A stretch of 64,000 nucleotides of DNA, from NCBI GenBank assembly GCA_038100275.1, contig JAYNVD010000005.1:3924-67923 (forward strand). The letters run 5' to 3'. Position numbers and translations under genes: made by a program. Below the pieces are notes generated by a model that had not been told where the DNA came from, searched no databases, and was given only the letters and a program-made list of their open reading frames with translations. The DNA is from Ilumatobacteraceae bacterium. GTDB lineage: Bacteria; Actinomycetota; Acidimicrobiia; Acidimicrobiales; Ilumatobacteraceae. Every line of letters begins with the position of its first letter. Position 1 is the first letter of the stretch. Below are positions 21,505-33,631 of the stretch, piece after piece.

Positions 21505-22233
21505 ATGGCGTCTCTCCAAGGCGATTTACCACCAAACGATGTTGAAGTTCGCCTGCTGTCGAGTCCTGTTGATCTAGAGGCGGCTTCAGAAATTCTCATG
21601 CAAGTGTGGGGCTCCAACACTCCAATCGTGAGCCGTGAGATTCTGAGAGCGGTTCAACACTCTGGGGGCTACATCGCTGGCGCTTTTGAGGATGGGCGTA
21701 TTGTCGGCGCATCGTTTGGTTGGTTGGCGCACCATCAGGGTGAATCAGCCCTTCATAGCCATGTCACAGGACTCCTGCCCGGCGCACGCCATCTTGGGCT
21801 CGGCCGACTGATGAAAATCCACCAGCGGGATTGGGCTCATGATCGCGGAATTTCGTGGATTACTTGGACCTTCGATCCTCTCGTTCGAACGAATGCCTGG
21901 TTCAACATTGGTGTGCTTGGTGGCGAAGTTGCTGAGTATCTTCCAAATTTCTACGGAACGATGACCGACTCGATTAACGCCAATGACGAAAGCGATCGTG
22001 TTCTTGTCGCATGGCGCGTCGATAGCTCAGGAACCAAGACCCCCACAAACCCTGACAGCCGACAAGAAGTCGCAACACCAGAGGACATTGTCACATTGCG
22101 CCGAACCGATCCACAGGCCACAGCTAAATGGCGCCAGGAGGTTCGTCTAGCGCTTACTACCGCGCTCGCCAACGGATTTGTTGTCGTTGGATTTACCAAA
22201 GATGGCGCATATCAACTTGAAAGGCCGCTATGA
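21505..22233 (+). CDS. GNAT-like acyltransferase-fold protein, stop overlapping the enolase-superfamily gene
   Basis: 242 aa. The central region GYIAGAFEDGRIVGASFGWL..HSHVTGLLPGARHLGLGRLMKIHQRDWAHDRGISWITWTFDPL resembles a GNAT acyl-CoA binding core. The family call is from pattern memory only. Confidence 0.55.
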   Translation: MASLQGDLPPNDVEVRLLSSPVDLEAASEILMQVWGSNTPIVSREILRAVQHSGGYIAGAFEDGRIVGASFGWLAHHQGESALHSHVTGLLPGARHLGLGRLMKIHQRDWAHDRGISWITWTFDPLVRTNAWFNIGVLGGEVAEYLPNFYGTMTDSINANDESDRVLVAWRVDSSGTKTPTNPDSRQEVATPEDIVTLRRTDPQATAKWRQEVRLALTTALANGFVVVGFTKDGAYQLERPL

Positions 22234-23342
22234 AACTCAGCAAGATCGAACTTCGACGTATTCACCTCGAGTTAGTAACGCCATTTCGAACGAGTTTTGG
22301 AGAACAAACCGCCCGCGAGATTTTACTCATCGGGGTGACGAGCGATGACGGAACTGTCGGCTGGGGTGAGTGCGTTGCAATGAGCGAACCCCTCTACTCC
22401 CCCGAATACGTAGCCGGAGTCGAGACAGTGATCTCCGAATTCATCGCACCACGTCTCAGCCAGCGAGGCGACCTCATTGCGGGAGACATTGCTGAGATTC
22501 TCAAGCCGATCAAAGGTCACCAGATGGCGAAAGCGGCAATCGAAATGGCAGTGCTCGATGCCGAATTGAGGATTCAGGGCATCAACCTACATGCACGCTT
22601 CGGAGGTTCTCGGGCGACAATTCCAAGCGGCGTGTCGGTCGGAATCTTCTCTTCAATCGATTCACTTCTATCGGCCGTCCAAGGCTACGTAGATGATGGC
22701 TATGCAAGGATCAAACTAAAGATTGAACCTGGATGGGATATCGAACCGGTTCGTCTCGTGCGCGAACTTATCGGACCCGAAATGGGCCTTCAGGTTGACG
22801 CCAACACGGCGTACACACGACGAGATTTCGATCATCTCCGACAACTCGACGCGTATGATCTGCTCCTCATCGAACAACCACTCGATACCGATGATTTGCT
22901 TGGCCACCGCGATCTGGCCGCAGCGATCGAAACCCCCGTATGCCTCGATGAGTCGATCGAATCATTCGTGCAAGCCGAGGATGCCATCGCAATCGGCGCC
23001 GCGGAAATCATCAACATCAAGCCAGGTCGGGTTGGTGGGTATCTCGAAGCAGTTCGAATCCATGATCTCTGCGTCGCAAACGGAATACCTGTGTGGTGCG
23101 GAGGCATGCTCGAGACTGGAATTGGCCGCGCCGCAAATTGCGCACTCGCCGCGCTTGATGGCTTCGTTCTTCCGGGAGATATCTCTGCATCTCGTCGTTT
23201 CTATTCTCGCGACATCGTCCTCGACCCGATCGAAGTCGACTCAGGCGAAGTGGCCGTGCCCAACGCTCCAGGACTTGGCTACGACCTTGACGGCGACTTC
23301 CTTGAATCGATCACCACATCGGTGCAGCATCTCTCGTTGTGA
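22230..23342 (+). CDS. Enolase-superfamily enzyme of the o-succinylbenzoate synthase / N-succinylamino-acid racemase (MenC/NSAR) subgroup
   Basis: 370 aa. KLKIEPGWD (KxK), VDANTAY (metal Asp), LIEQPL (Glu), LDESI (Asp) and NIKPGRVGG (second catalytic Lys). Confidence 0.85.
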   Translation: MKLSKIELRRIHLELVTPFRTSFGEQTAREILLIGVTSDDGTVGWGECVAMSEPLYSPEYVAGVETVISEFIAPRLSQRGDLIAGDIAEILKPIKGHQMAKAAIEMAVLDAELRIQGINLHARFGGSRATIPSGVSVGIFSSIDSLLSAVQGYVDDGYARIKLKIEPGWDIEPVRLVRELIGPEMGLQVDANTAYTRRDFDHLRQLDAYDLLLIEQPLDTDDLLGHRDLAAAIETPVCLDESIESFVQAEDAIAIGAAEIINIKPGRVGGYLEAVRIHDLCVANGIPVWCGGMLETGIGRAANCALAALDGFVLPGDISASRRFYSRDIVLDPIEVDSGEVAVPNAPGLGYDLDGDFLESITTSVQHLSL

Positions 23343-23366
23343 ACTAGCGCCGGGTATTCTCTCGGC

Positions 23367-23783
23367 GTGAGCTTTCCCTTTCTCTCCTCCGAATGGATCG
23401 AAGCAGCTCGCGAAATTCGTGAGCGCTATTCGTCTCAGACGGCCCCAATCGAAGTTGCGGTGAAGGTCAACCAAGTCATCACCGATGTTCCATTTGGCGA
23501 TGGCGATCTGTATGCGCACATTGACACCTCGAATGGTGATGTCGATCTGGATCTTGGACATCTCGATGAACCCGACGCAACAATCACGTTGAGTTATGAA
23601 ACTGCCCGAGCACTGCTTGTTGAGCGGGATCCCGCCAAGGCGATGCAGGCATTCATGTCAGGAGGCATCCAGGTTGAGGGCGACCTCATGAAAGTGATGG
23701 CGATGCAGGCAACTACTCCGCAGGATGAACTTGCACTAACTGTTGCAGAAGAGATTTTGGCGATCACCGACCTCGACGAATGA
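23367..23783 (+). CDS. SCP2 sterol-carrier-like domain protein
   Basis: 138 aa. The C-terminal block AKAMQAFMSGGIQVEGDLMKVMAMQ is typical of SCP2 domains. Confidence 0.65.
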   Translation: MSFPFLSSEWIEAAREIRERYSSQTAPIEVAVKVNQVITDVPFGDGDLYAHIDTSNGDVDLDLGHLDEPDATITLSYETARALLVERDPAKAMQAFMSGGIQVEGDLMKVMAMQATTPQDELALTVAEEILAITDLDE

Positions 23784-23800
23784 TCCCTTGAAAAGCCCTC

Positions 23801-25876
23801 TCAGGCCGCAACGATGTCGACTTGAGTGCCGTTGGGGAATTCGTCTCCCGGCGACGGGCGGTCGCCATCGATAGTGATTTCCTCGACATCACCATCCGCC
23901 GCACCCAGTATCAGTTCAACGGTGAATCCCGCATCGGTGAGTAATTTCTGCGCATCTTCGAAACTCGAGTTCGCAGGCACCGACGGGAACGCAATGAGAT
24001 TCGGCCCAAGCGAAATAGAAACTTCTATCGCGCCTCCTCGTTCAAGCAATTCACCTGGTTGAGGAGACTGCGAAAGGATGAGACCGGTTTCAGTTTCATC
24101 GTCATAGACCTCTTCGACTTCGACAATCCGAAGCGCGGTGCCGACAAGTTGAGCCCTCGCTACGCCGACGATCAGACCAACGACATTTGGAACCTCGCGC
24201 GGCGCTGGCCCACCGGAGAGAACTAGTCGAACAAGTGTCCCGGGTTCAACTGAGTCTCCCGCTTGAATTGCCGGATCATCAGGAATTTCCCAGCTGATGA
24301 CTTCTCCAATTTCGATCACTTCGTTGTAGACAATTTCAGTAAACGGCTGGAACCCTGCGCTATCGAGAAGATCGAGTGCGTCAGCGCCTTGCATTGCCGT
24401 GACCTCAGGGAGTTCTCGCAGAACCGGCCCTTCACTCACCACAACAGTGAAGATTCCACCCTCGCGCAATTGTTCCCCTGCTGCCGGGCTCGTGCGAATG
24501 ACGGCACCCGAGATCGGTTGTTCATCAGAACGTTCATATGTCACCGACACTGACCATTCAAAAGGAGTGACGATGTTGAGCGCTTCAGCTTCAGCAATGC
24601 CCGAAAGAACTGGCACCTCATAGACCGGCGTAGCAAGCAACACGCGGGCACCAATTACCCCGACAATGACAGCAACAACAGCGGCAACCGGCAGCACCCA
24701 TCGAGGGCGACGAGACGTCGACACGCCCCGCCGCATAGACCCCGCGGGCGCAGAAGGGGCGGCGGTGTGCTGCTGAGCACTCACGCCGCCTGAGGGCTGT
24801 TGCTGCTCGACATTCGCAGGACTGTCTCGACCATTCTCTTCATCAGACGCATTTGAATCAGGTGTGGCTGGAATGGTTGACGGGCCTCCCTGAGGCGGTT
24901 CCGGCGTTACTTGCTCGGCAGGATTCGAAGGTTTTGGAACCTCGGCCTCGAGCGACACATCCTCCGAAATGGCCGTTTCCGCTGGTTCAAACGACATGAC
25001 GAGTGGAAGTGGCTCGGGCCGAGGAAGTCGTCGGGCAACACCGACCAACTCCAACCCGAGCTCTACAGCACTTGCCCGTTCTTCAACTGCCGGTCGGGCT
25101 GCGTGTTCAAGCACCTGAGCAAGTGGACCCAAGTCGGCGGTCACGGGGAGCAGTCGACCAACTCTTGCTCGCAGTGTCGCCGCTGCTGAGTCTGTAGAAA
25201 ATGGCACCGCTCCGGTGAGCGTTTCAACCAAGACGAGACCAAGGCCGTAGATGTCCGATAGCGCTGTTGCCGACTTGCCCTCCGCCACCTCGGGGGCGGT
25301 ATATAACACCATGTGGTTTTCTGGCCCGCCTCCGACCGACCAGAGCGCGGTTTGCATCGGTGCTGCGAGCCCCAGATCTACCAGGCGGGCCCGGCCATCA
25401 GCTCCGAACACGATCTTCGAGGGGGTTACCTCACCATGTACCTGCCCTTGGCGGTGGGCTTCGGCAAGCCCATGACAGAGGTCAAGCCCAACTTGTAGCG
25501 CCTGAGAATAAGAGAGTCGACGGCCACGGTCGAGAATGTCTCGAAGACTGCCTCCCTCAAGACGCTCCGTGACGACATAAGCCGTAGGCGGCAACTCGTC
25601 GCTTCGCTCGTGCACACCCCAGTCGAAAATTGCAATCAGGTTCGGGTGAGACACGAGCGCTGCTGATGACATCGCTGTTCTAAACGAGTGGACGAAGCCA
25701 GGTGAGGTCATGATCCGACGGCGGATCAATCGGACAAGAACGGGACGCTGATCAGTTTCGTCCCACGCGTCAGCAATCGAAATAGCCGAGCCTTTCGCAA
25801 TGAACGATGTCAGCCGGTAGCGGCCGCCGATGAGTTCGTTCAGTTGAGTCTCTGGTTCGAGGGGATCAATTTCCAC
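23801..25876 (-). CDS. PknB-like membrane protein with a degenerate (predicted inactive) Ser/Thr kinase domain, one TM helix and four PASTA-like repeats
   Basis: 691 aa. The kinase fold is alignable to PknB, but the VAVK Lys is Arg (VLVRLIR), HRDVKPANI reads HGEVTPSKI, DFG reads DLG, and the glycine loop reads AKGSAIS. TM helix WVLPVAAVVAVIVGVIGARVLLA. Four ~65-aa PASTA-like repeats span aa 419..691. Confidence 0.85.
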   Translation of the reverse strand: MEIDPLEPETQLNELIGGRYRLTSFIAKGSAISIADAWDETDQRPVLVRLIRRRIMTSPGFVHSFRTAMSSAALVSHPNLIAIFDWGVHERSDELPPTAYVVTERLEGGSLRDILDRGRRLSYSQALQVGLDLCHGLAEAHRQGQVHGEVTPSKIVFGADGRARLVDLGLAAPMQTALWSVGGGPENHMVLYTAPEVAEGKSATALSDIYGLGLVLVETLTGAVPFSTDSAAATLRARVGRLLPVTADLGPLAQVLEHAARPAVEERASAVELGLELVGVARRLPRPEPLPLVMSFEPAETAISEDVSLEAEVPKPSNPAEQVTPEPPQGGPSTIPATPDSNASDEENGRDSPANVEQQQPSGGVSAQQHTAAPSAPAGSMRRGVSTSRRPRWVLPVAAVVAVIVGVIGARVLLATPVYEVPVLSGIAEAEALNIVTPFEWSVSVTYERSDEQPISGAVIRTSPAAGEQLREGGIFTVVVSEGPVLRELPEVTAMQGADALDLLDSAGFQPFTEIVYNEVIEIGEVISWEIPDDPAIQAGDSVEPGTLVRLVLSGGPAPREVPNVVGLIVGVARAQLVGTALRIVEVEEVYDDETETGLILSQSPQPGELLERGGAIEVSISLGPNLIAFPSVPANSSFEDAQKLLTDAGFTVELILGAADGDVEEITIDGDRPSPGDEFPNGTQVDIVAA

Positions 25877-25945
25877 AGCGCCATGACGCTATCTCGGATT
25901 GACCTGCGGTTGGGGTCGAGCGCAGATTGATGGCACGATGGTGAG

Positions 25946-28569
<2,624 letters not shown>

Positions 28570-29586
28570 CTATGCGCCGAGAACCAATTTCGCCGCAGAT
28601 GCTTGGTCTTGCACTCTCAGCGAGATGTCATGTAGCGACTTGCAAATTTCTTCTGCCACGCCTGGCGCGTACGACGCGAGGCCACTTTGTGGCGAGAGAA
28701 GGCTTTGCGCTCGCAGCATTCCCGGGTCAGTACCTCGCTGGACCATCTTGCACCAGATTCCGCTGAGCGCTTTCCAAGACCGGCTCGCCGACACACCGAC
28801 TGGTCCTTCAGTACCAACCGCGCCCCAAGCGATTCGGCCACCGTTCTGCATGAACCGGTCGAGGTATCCGCTCACGTCAACCACGGCTTCTGTTGCAGGC
28901 ATCGACAGCACCTGCGGGCCGGCCTCGAGCAGTGACGGCCAGTCAGCTTCGAAACAACAGTGCAGCCCTACTACTCCAAACGTTTGAGCGGATGCCATGA
29001 CGCCAGAGAGCATGTCCGCGACGACATCAGGAGCCAGCGGAAAGTCGTTTGACATCAAATCAACCATCAGTGGCTCATCGAAGACAATCAGTTGGGTCGA
29101 GTTCGGAAGTACTCCGGCAAGAACTGACCCAAGCGTCGCTACGTGCTCATTTATGGCCTGAGTGGCCACGCGAAATGCGAGATGGGCTGGTGCACCTGCC
29201 CGAAGCAGGGTCAATCCAAGCGTGACGGGACCAACCACTTGCCATTTGAACGTTCGACCGTCGACGCCCAAACCGGGAGCAAGTTCGGTGAATGCTCGAA
29301 ACCCAACGAAGTTGTCGGTAAGTAGGTCGGTCGTCACTGGTGCTTCTGGGTCGAGTCGAGCAACATCGACAGCAAGTGTCCCGTACGGCCCCATCTCGAT
29401 TCCTGGGACACCGACGAGCGCCTGGTTGGCAAGTGACTCTGCACCAGAGCGCCGCGGGAGCCGGGGAACGACTGGAAGGTCGAAGTTGTTGACGGAGAAT
29501 TCGACGGCAGCGGACGCGCTGCGGTGAGGGAGGCTCCCCACCCCCAAGGTCGCCCCTGGGGCTACTCCATCGAGTGACCTCGTCAT
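28570..29586 (-). CDS. Conserved hypothetical protein, cobalamin-independent methionine synthase C-terminal-like (UROD/MetE-like barrel)
   Basis: 338 aa. GVGSLPH N-terminal motif and the FDEPLMVD block resemble MetE-like family members. It occupies the same position next to ligA as a conserved hypothetical gene in mycobacteria (from memory). Confidence 0.55.
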   Translation of the reverse strand: MTRSLDGVAPGATLGVGSLPHRSASAAVEFSVNNFDLPVVPRLPRRSGAESLANQALVGVPGIEMGPYGTLAVDVARLDPEAPVTTDLLTDNFVGFRAFTELAPGLGVDGRTFKWQVVGPVTLGLTLLRAGAPAHLAFRVATQAINEHVATLGSVLAGVLPNSTQLIVFDEPLMVDLMSNDFPLAPDVVADMLSGVMASAQTFGVVGLHCCFEADWPSLLEAGPQVLSMPATEAVVDVSGYLDRFMQNGGRIAWGAVGTEGPVGVSASRSWKALSGIWCKMVQRGTDPGMLRAQSLLSPQSGLASYAPGVAEEICKSLHDISLRVQDQASAAKLVLGA

Positions 29587-29667
29587 ATCGCCATCGTTGC
29601 ACGCCCACTTGCTCTTTCACGACTCGTACGCCCCCTCGGACGCGAATACCCGACAGAATGGAGGGCG

Positions 29668-30534
29668 ATGGCTTCAACGACGTCGAAACTCGAGATTCCG
29701 ACCATCTTCACGTGGTTGACGCGGCTGGCTTGGGTGGCGACTGCAGTAGCGCTTAGCCAAGCGATCGACGCTCTCGATGCCGGGCTCACCATCACCATCT
29801 CGACGTGGCTGCTTTGGGTGATTGGAGCCGTTTCGGTCTTTGTTGGCTCGCCAGTCACGTTGACCTTGGCACGGACGACACTGCCACTCAGCATTTCTAC
29901 TGGCGTCATCGTGCTCATTGCTGGTGGGAATACAACGCTCGGCACGATCGGTCTGCTTGCATCGCTTATTGCGACCTACTCAGTGTTCACTGCGGAGGTC
30001 GGCCAGCGTTGGGTGCAATTCGCTGCCTACGGGTCAGAACAGCGCTTCCCTCTACGTCCACCCCTCGGCTTTGCGCTACCGGCAGTCATTGTCTGGTTGC
30101 TTTCAGCAGCGTTTTGGTCGTATGCCGTGGTTTCCGCTGAGCGCTCACAGACGACGCTTGCAATCGTGCTCGGAGCCATTGCCGCTGCGTTTGCAGGCCT
30201 CGGTTCAACCCGTTGGCATCTACTCTCCTGCCGTTGGCTCGTCCTCGTGCCTGCAGGCGTCGTCGTCCACGATCCACTCGTGCTGATGGAGACCGCAATG
30301 TGGCGATCTCACGTGGTGTCTGGGGCTGCCCTCGCGCCAGCTGAAACTGAAGCAGCCGATCTCACTGGTCCAGCAACTGGCCCGGCCTTAGAAATCTCAT
30401 TGCGCTCCAGCGAGACAGTGGTGTTGGCAGCGGGACGCAAGACGCCGGAGGGTCGAGCCATTCACCTCACTGCAGCCCTGATCGCCCCAAGTCGGCCAGG
30501 CGCGGCGCTTGAGGCGCTGCGATCTCCTCGCTGA
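29668..30534 (+). CDS. Polytopic membrane protein, function unknown
   Basis: 288 aa with at least 6 hydrophobic helices in the N-terminal 200 aa and a soluble C-terminal segment. No family recognised. Confidence 0.55.
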   Translation: MASTTSKLEIPTIFTWLTRLAWVATAVALSQAIDALDAGLTITISTWLLWVIGAVSVFVGSPVTLTLARTTLPLSISTGVIVLIAGGNTTLGTIGLLASLIATYSVFTAEVGQRWVQFAAYGSEQRFPLRPPLGFALPAVIVWLLSAAFWSYAVVSAERSQTTLAIVLGAIAAAFAGLGSTRWHLLSCRWLVLVPAGVVVHDPLVLMETAMWRSHVVSGAALAPAETEAADLTGPATGPALEISLRSSETVVLAAGRKTPEGRAIHLTAALIAPSRPGAALEALRSPR

Positions 30535-30548
30535 GACGCTGCTCTACT

Positions 30549-31613
30549 TCAGAGCGGCGAACGTTGAGCGATGCCGCCGCCGATCACCCATGTATTAGTT
30601 GGGTCATACAGCACGACACTCTGGCCCGGAGCGATACGGGTTGACCGCAGACCCCAGTCAATTTGCACCTCTCGCTCACCAGTTGATGTCACCTGGCAGG
30701 GTCGTGGGTCACCGTGCGCACTCGTCTGAGCTAGAGCCTCACCTTCGAAGGCCTGATCAACCCACGTCATCGAATGAACAATCTGAGAACTCACCAAAAG
30801 GTCATCAGCATCTCCAACGATGACAGTTGGTTCATCGCTCGCGGCATCGACTCCGATCACGTACCGGACCGGACCACCACCGGGAGTGCCAAGACCACGA
30901 CGCTGACCTAGCGTCACCATCTCGACTGACGGAACTTCTCCAACCTGCGTGCCATCTCGATCAACCACTCGTGCCGTACGAAGAGGGATTCTGTTGCCGA
31001 GAAAATGTTCTCGACCATCGGCGCGACTAATGAAGCAGACATCTTGGCTGTCAGGCTTTCCGGCAGTTCGAAGCCCGAGACGTGCCGCATGCTCACGCAC
31101 CTCGTCTTTCGTCATGTGGCCGATCGGGAAACTCGTGTGCTCGAGCCCCTCGGCAGTGATCATGTGCAGCACGTAACTCTGGTCTTTTGCAAGGTCTGCC
31201 CCACGCTCTAGGCGACGGCGTCCATTCTCGTGAGCACCAATGCGCGCGTGGTGCCCAGTTGCGACAGCATCGAAGCCAAGTTCATCTGCTCGTTCAGCGA
31301 GTCGTTCGAACTTGAGATGACGGTTGCACTCGATGCACGGGTTCGGGGTGATGCCCTTCTGGTGAGCGTCAACATAGGGCTGAACAACGTGCTCATCGAA
31401 TTCATCAGAAAAGTTGAAGACGACATGTTCAATGCCAATCTGCTGGGCAACACGCCTTGCATCGTCAACATCGGACACACTGCAACATCCGGTGTCGCTT
31501 TCGCCACCCCATAGGCGCATCGTTACACCTACAACCTCGTGCCCCTGTTCGTGAAGTAGGGCAGCCGCCACCGACGAATCAACACCGCCGCTCATCCCAA
31601 TCATGACCCGCAT
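30549..31613 (-). CDS. mnmA: tRNA 2-thiouridine(34) synthase
   Basis: 354 aa. PP-loop GMSGGVDSSVAA and catalytic Cys residues (NPCIECN, QDVCF). Confidence 0.93.
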   Translation of the reverse strand: MRVMIGMSGGVDSSVAAALLHEQGHEVVGVTMRLWGGESDTGCCSVSDVDDARRVAQQIGIEHVVFNFSDEFDEHVVQPYVDAHQKGITPNPCIECNRHLKFERLAERADELGFDAVATGHHARIGAHENGRRRLERGADLAKDQSYVLHMITAEGLEHTSFPIGHMTKDEVREHAARLGLRTAGKPDSQDVCFISRADGREHFLGNRIPLRTARVVDRDGTQVGEVPSVEMVTLGQRRGLGTPGGGPVRYVIGVDAASDEPTVIVGDADDLLVSSQIVHSMTWVDQAFEGEALAQTSAHGDPRPCQVTSTGEREVQIDWGLRSTRIAPGQSVVLYDPTNTWVIGGGIAQRSPL

Positions 31614-32800
31614 CAGACACGCTGCTTTCGTGCGGCTCGGCGTTCGCGCAAGAGGCCGATACTTCGAGTGATTTCTGTTACGGCACGATCGATGTCACCC
31701 GAGGTCGTGCTATGCCCGAGTGACAGCCGAAGGGCACCGCGGCGAAGGTCATCAGGAACGCCAAGCGCAGAGAGCACATGCGATGACTCCATCGCCCCAC
31801 TTGCGCACGCGGATGCTGCGCTTGCATACACATCAGCGGCATCAAGCATGAAGAGCAACGCCTCACTCTCTAGATCATTGAGGCAAATGTGAGCGATACC
31901 CGGAACGGTGTGCTCGCGAGACACGGTTTCGACAACGCCTTCGATTTGGGTTACCGCATCAAGAAGTTCATTACGAAGCGCCAGCACACGTTGCGAGGTC
32001 TCGTCACGCTCTGATGTCGTTTTCTGTAGCGCTATGGCTGCACCAACGGCGCCGGCAACATCGATCGTTCCCGAGCGGCGGCCGCGTTCTTGCCCTCCGC
32101 CGAGTAGCAACGGCTCAGGTGTTGCGCCGTTACTTACCACCATCAGACCAACACCCTTAGGGCCGCCAAATTTGTGAGCACTCAGCGAGAGCAGGTCTAC
32201 ATGTCGGGTGATCTGCGACAACTCGACCCAACAAGCCGCTTGCACTGCATCGGTATGCAGCCATGCCTCGGGCGCAACTTCACGAACCACGGCGGCCACC
32301 GCGGCAATGTCGTTGATCGAACCAACTTCGTTGTTCACTGCCATCACCGACACAACTGCAATGTGCTCACCTGACGCAGTAAGACTCTCGAGAACATGTC
32401 GAAGATTGTCGATATCAACCTGGCCATCTTTGGTCACCGCAACTGTGACACCTCCGTGGTGCAGAACCGGGTCAAGTACTGCGTGGTGTTCGATTGCTGA
32501 ACAGACCGCGATTCCGCCACGCGATCGAACCGATCCTGAGATCGCAAAATTGTCTGACTCGGTGCCACCACCGGTGAACACCACATCTCCTGTATTCACT
32601 GCGAGAGCATTTGCGACCACTTCGCGAGCTTCGTCGACAGCTTGCCGCGCGACTCTTGCCGCTCGATGACTTCCGCTGGGGTTCGCAAAGTGAGTCTCTT
32701 GCCATGGGCGCATCGCGTCAAACACCTCGGGATACATCGAGGTGGTTGCTGCATGGTCAAGATATGTCGACGTCACGTCCACGACCTCAAGGCTAGACAC
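31613..32800 (-). CDS. iscS: Cysteine desulfurase (NifS/IscS class V aminotransferase)
   Basis: 395 aa. PLP-Lys block SAHKFGGPKGVG and catalytic loop SAASACASG. Its stop abuts the mnmA start. Confidence 0.9.
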   Translation of the reverse strand: MSSLEVVDVTSTYLDHAATTSMYPEVFDAMRPWQETHFANPSGSHRAARVARQAVDEAREVVANALAVNTGDVVFTGGGTESDNFAISGSVRSRGGIAVCSAIEHHAVLDPVLHHGGVTVAVTKDGQVDIDNLRHVLESLTASGEHIAVVSVMAVNNEVGSINDIAAVAAVVREVAPEAWLHTDAVQAACWVELSQITRHVDLLSLSAHKFGGPKGVGLMVVSNGATPEPLLLGGGQERGRRSGTIDVAGAVGAAIALQKTTSERDETSQRVLALRNELLDAVTQIEGVVETVSREHTVPGIAHICLNDLESEALLFMLDAADVYASAASACASGAMESSHVLSALGVPDDLRRGALRLSLGHSTTSGDIDRAVTEITRSIGLLRERRAARKQRV

Positions 32801-32831
32801 GTTGTTGCCAACCTGTCGCTAACTTGCAGGT

Positions 32832-33575
32832 GTGGAGGGTTACGAATCTCACACATACGGCGACGCGTTTGCAGATGTCTACGACGACTGGTACCGAGAT
32901 CTCAGCGATGTAACAGCACTGGTTGAACTCATCACCGAGTTCTCCCCTGGCCGCAACTTGTGTGAACTCGGAGTCGGCACTGGTCGCCTCGCAATCCCAC
33001 TTTCGGCAAGCGGATTCGACGTCACAGGGGTTGATTCGAGTATTGCAATGCTTGACCGCCTTCGCTCCTCGGATGCCGATAGCCGCATTTCTGTGGTATC
33101 TGGTGACATGGTCGATGACATGCCTCCCGGGCCGTTCGATGTCGCACTCATCGGGTTCAACACGCTGTTCAATCTTGAGTCACATGCCCGTCAGAAAGAG
33201 TGTCTTCGGAAGTGTTCCGAAGCGCTCTCCGATGGAGGAATCGTTGTTGTTGAGGGGCTTGCTCCACCAAGTCATCCAGATGGAGTGACGGTTGATGATG
33301 TGTCGGTGAAGTCAATGACGGCGACAAATGTGGTTCTCTCGATTTCTCGCCACCACAGTGCCGATCAACTGGTTGAAGGGCAATTTGTTGAATTCACCGA
33401 GCAGCACGGGGTTCGGCTTCGCCCGTGGAGCATTCGCTACTCATCGGTTGAGCAACTCGACGAAATGGCCGGCGCGGTCGGACTCTCAGTTTTGACTCGG
33501 TTCAGCGATGCGAGCCGTGCAGAATTTGACCCTGCGACTGGACGACACCTCACGATTTACAGTCGCTCGAAGTGA
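32832..33575 (+). CDS. Class I SAM-dependent methyltransferase
   Basis: 247 aa. Motif I LCELGVGTGRLAIPL followed by an acidic residue (VTGVDSS). Confidence 0.8.
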   Translation: MEGYESHTYGDAFADVYDDWYRDLSDVTALVELITEFSPGRNLCELGVGTGRLAIPLSASGFDVTGVDSSIAMLDRLRSSDADSRISVVSGDMVDDMPPGPFDVALIGFNTLFNLESHARQKECLRKCSEALSDGGIVVVEGLAPPSHPDGVTVDDVSVKSMTATNVVLSISRHHSADQLVEGQFVEFTEQHGVRLRPWSIRYSSVEQLDEMAGAVGLSVLTRFSDASRAEFDPATGRHLTIYSRSK

Positions 33576-33631
33576 ACTGATGTCGTTAAAGCCACCGCAC
33601 CGCCTGATTTCGCTCGTATCCTGAAGGTTCT

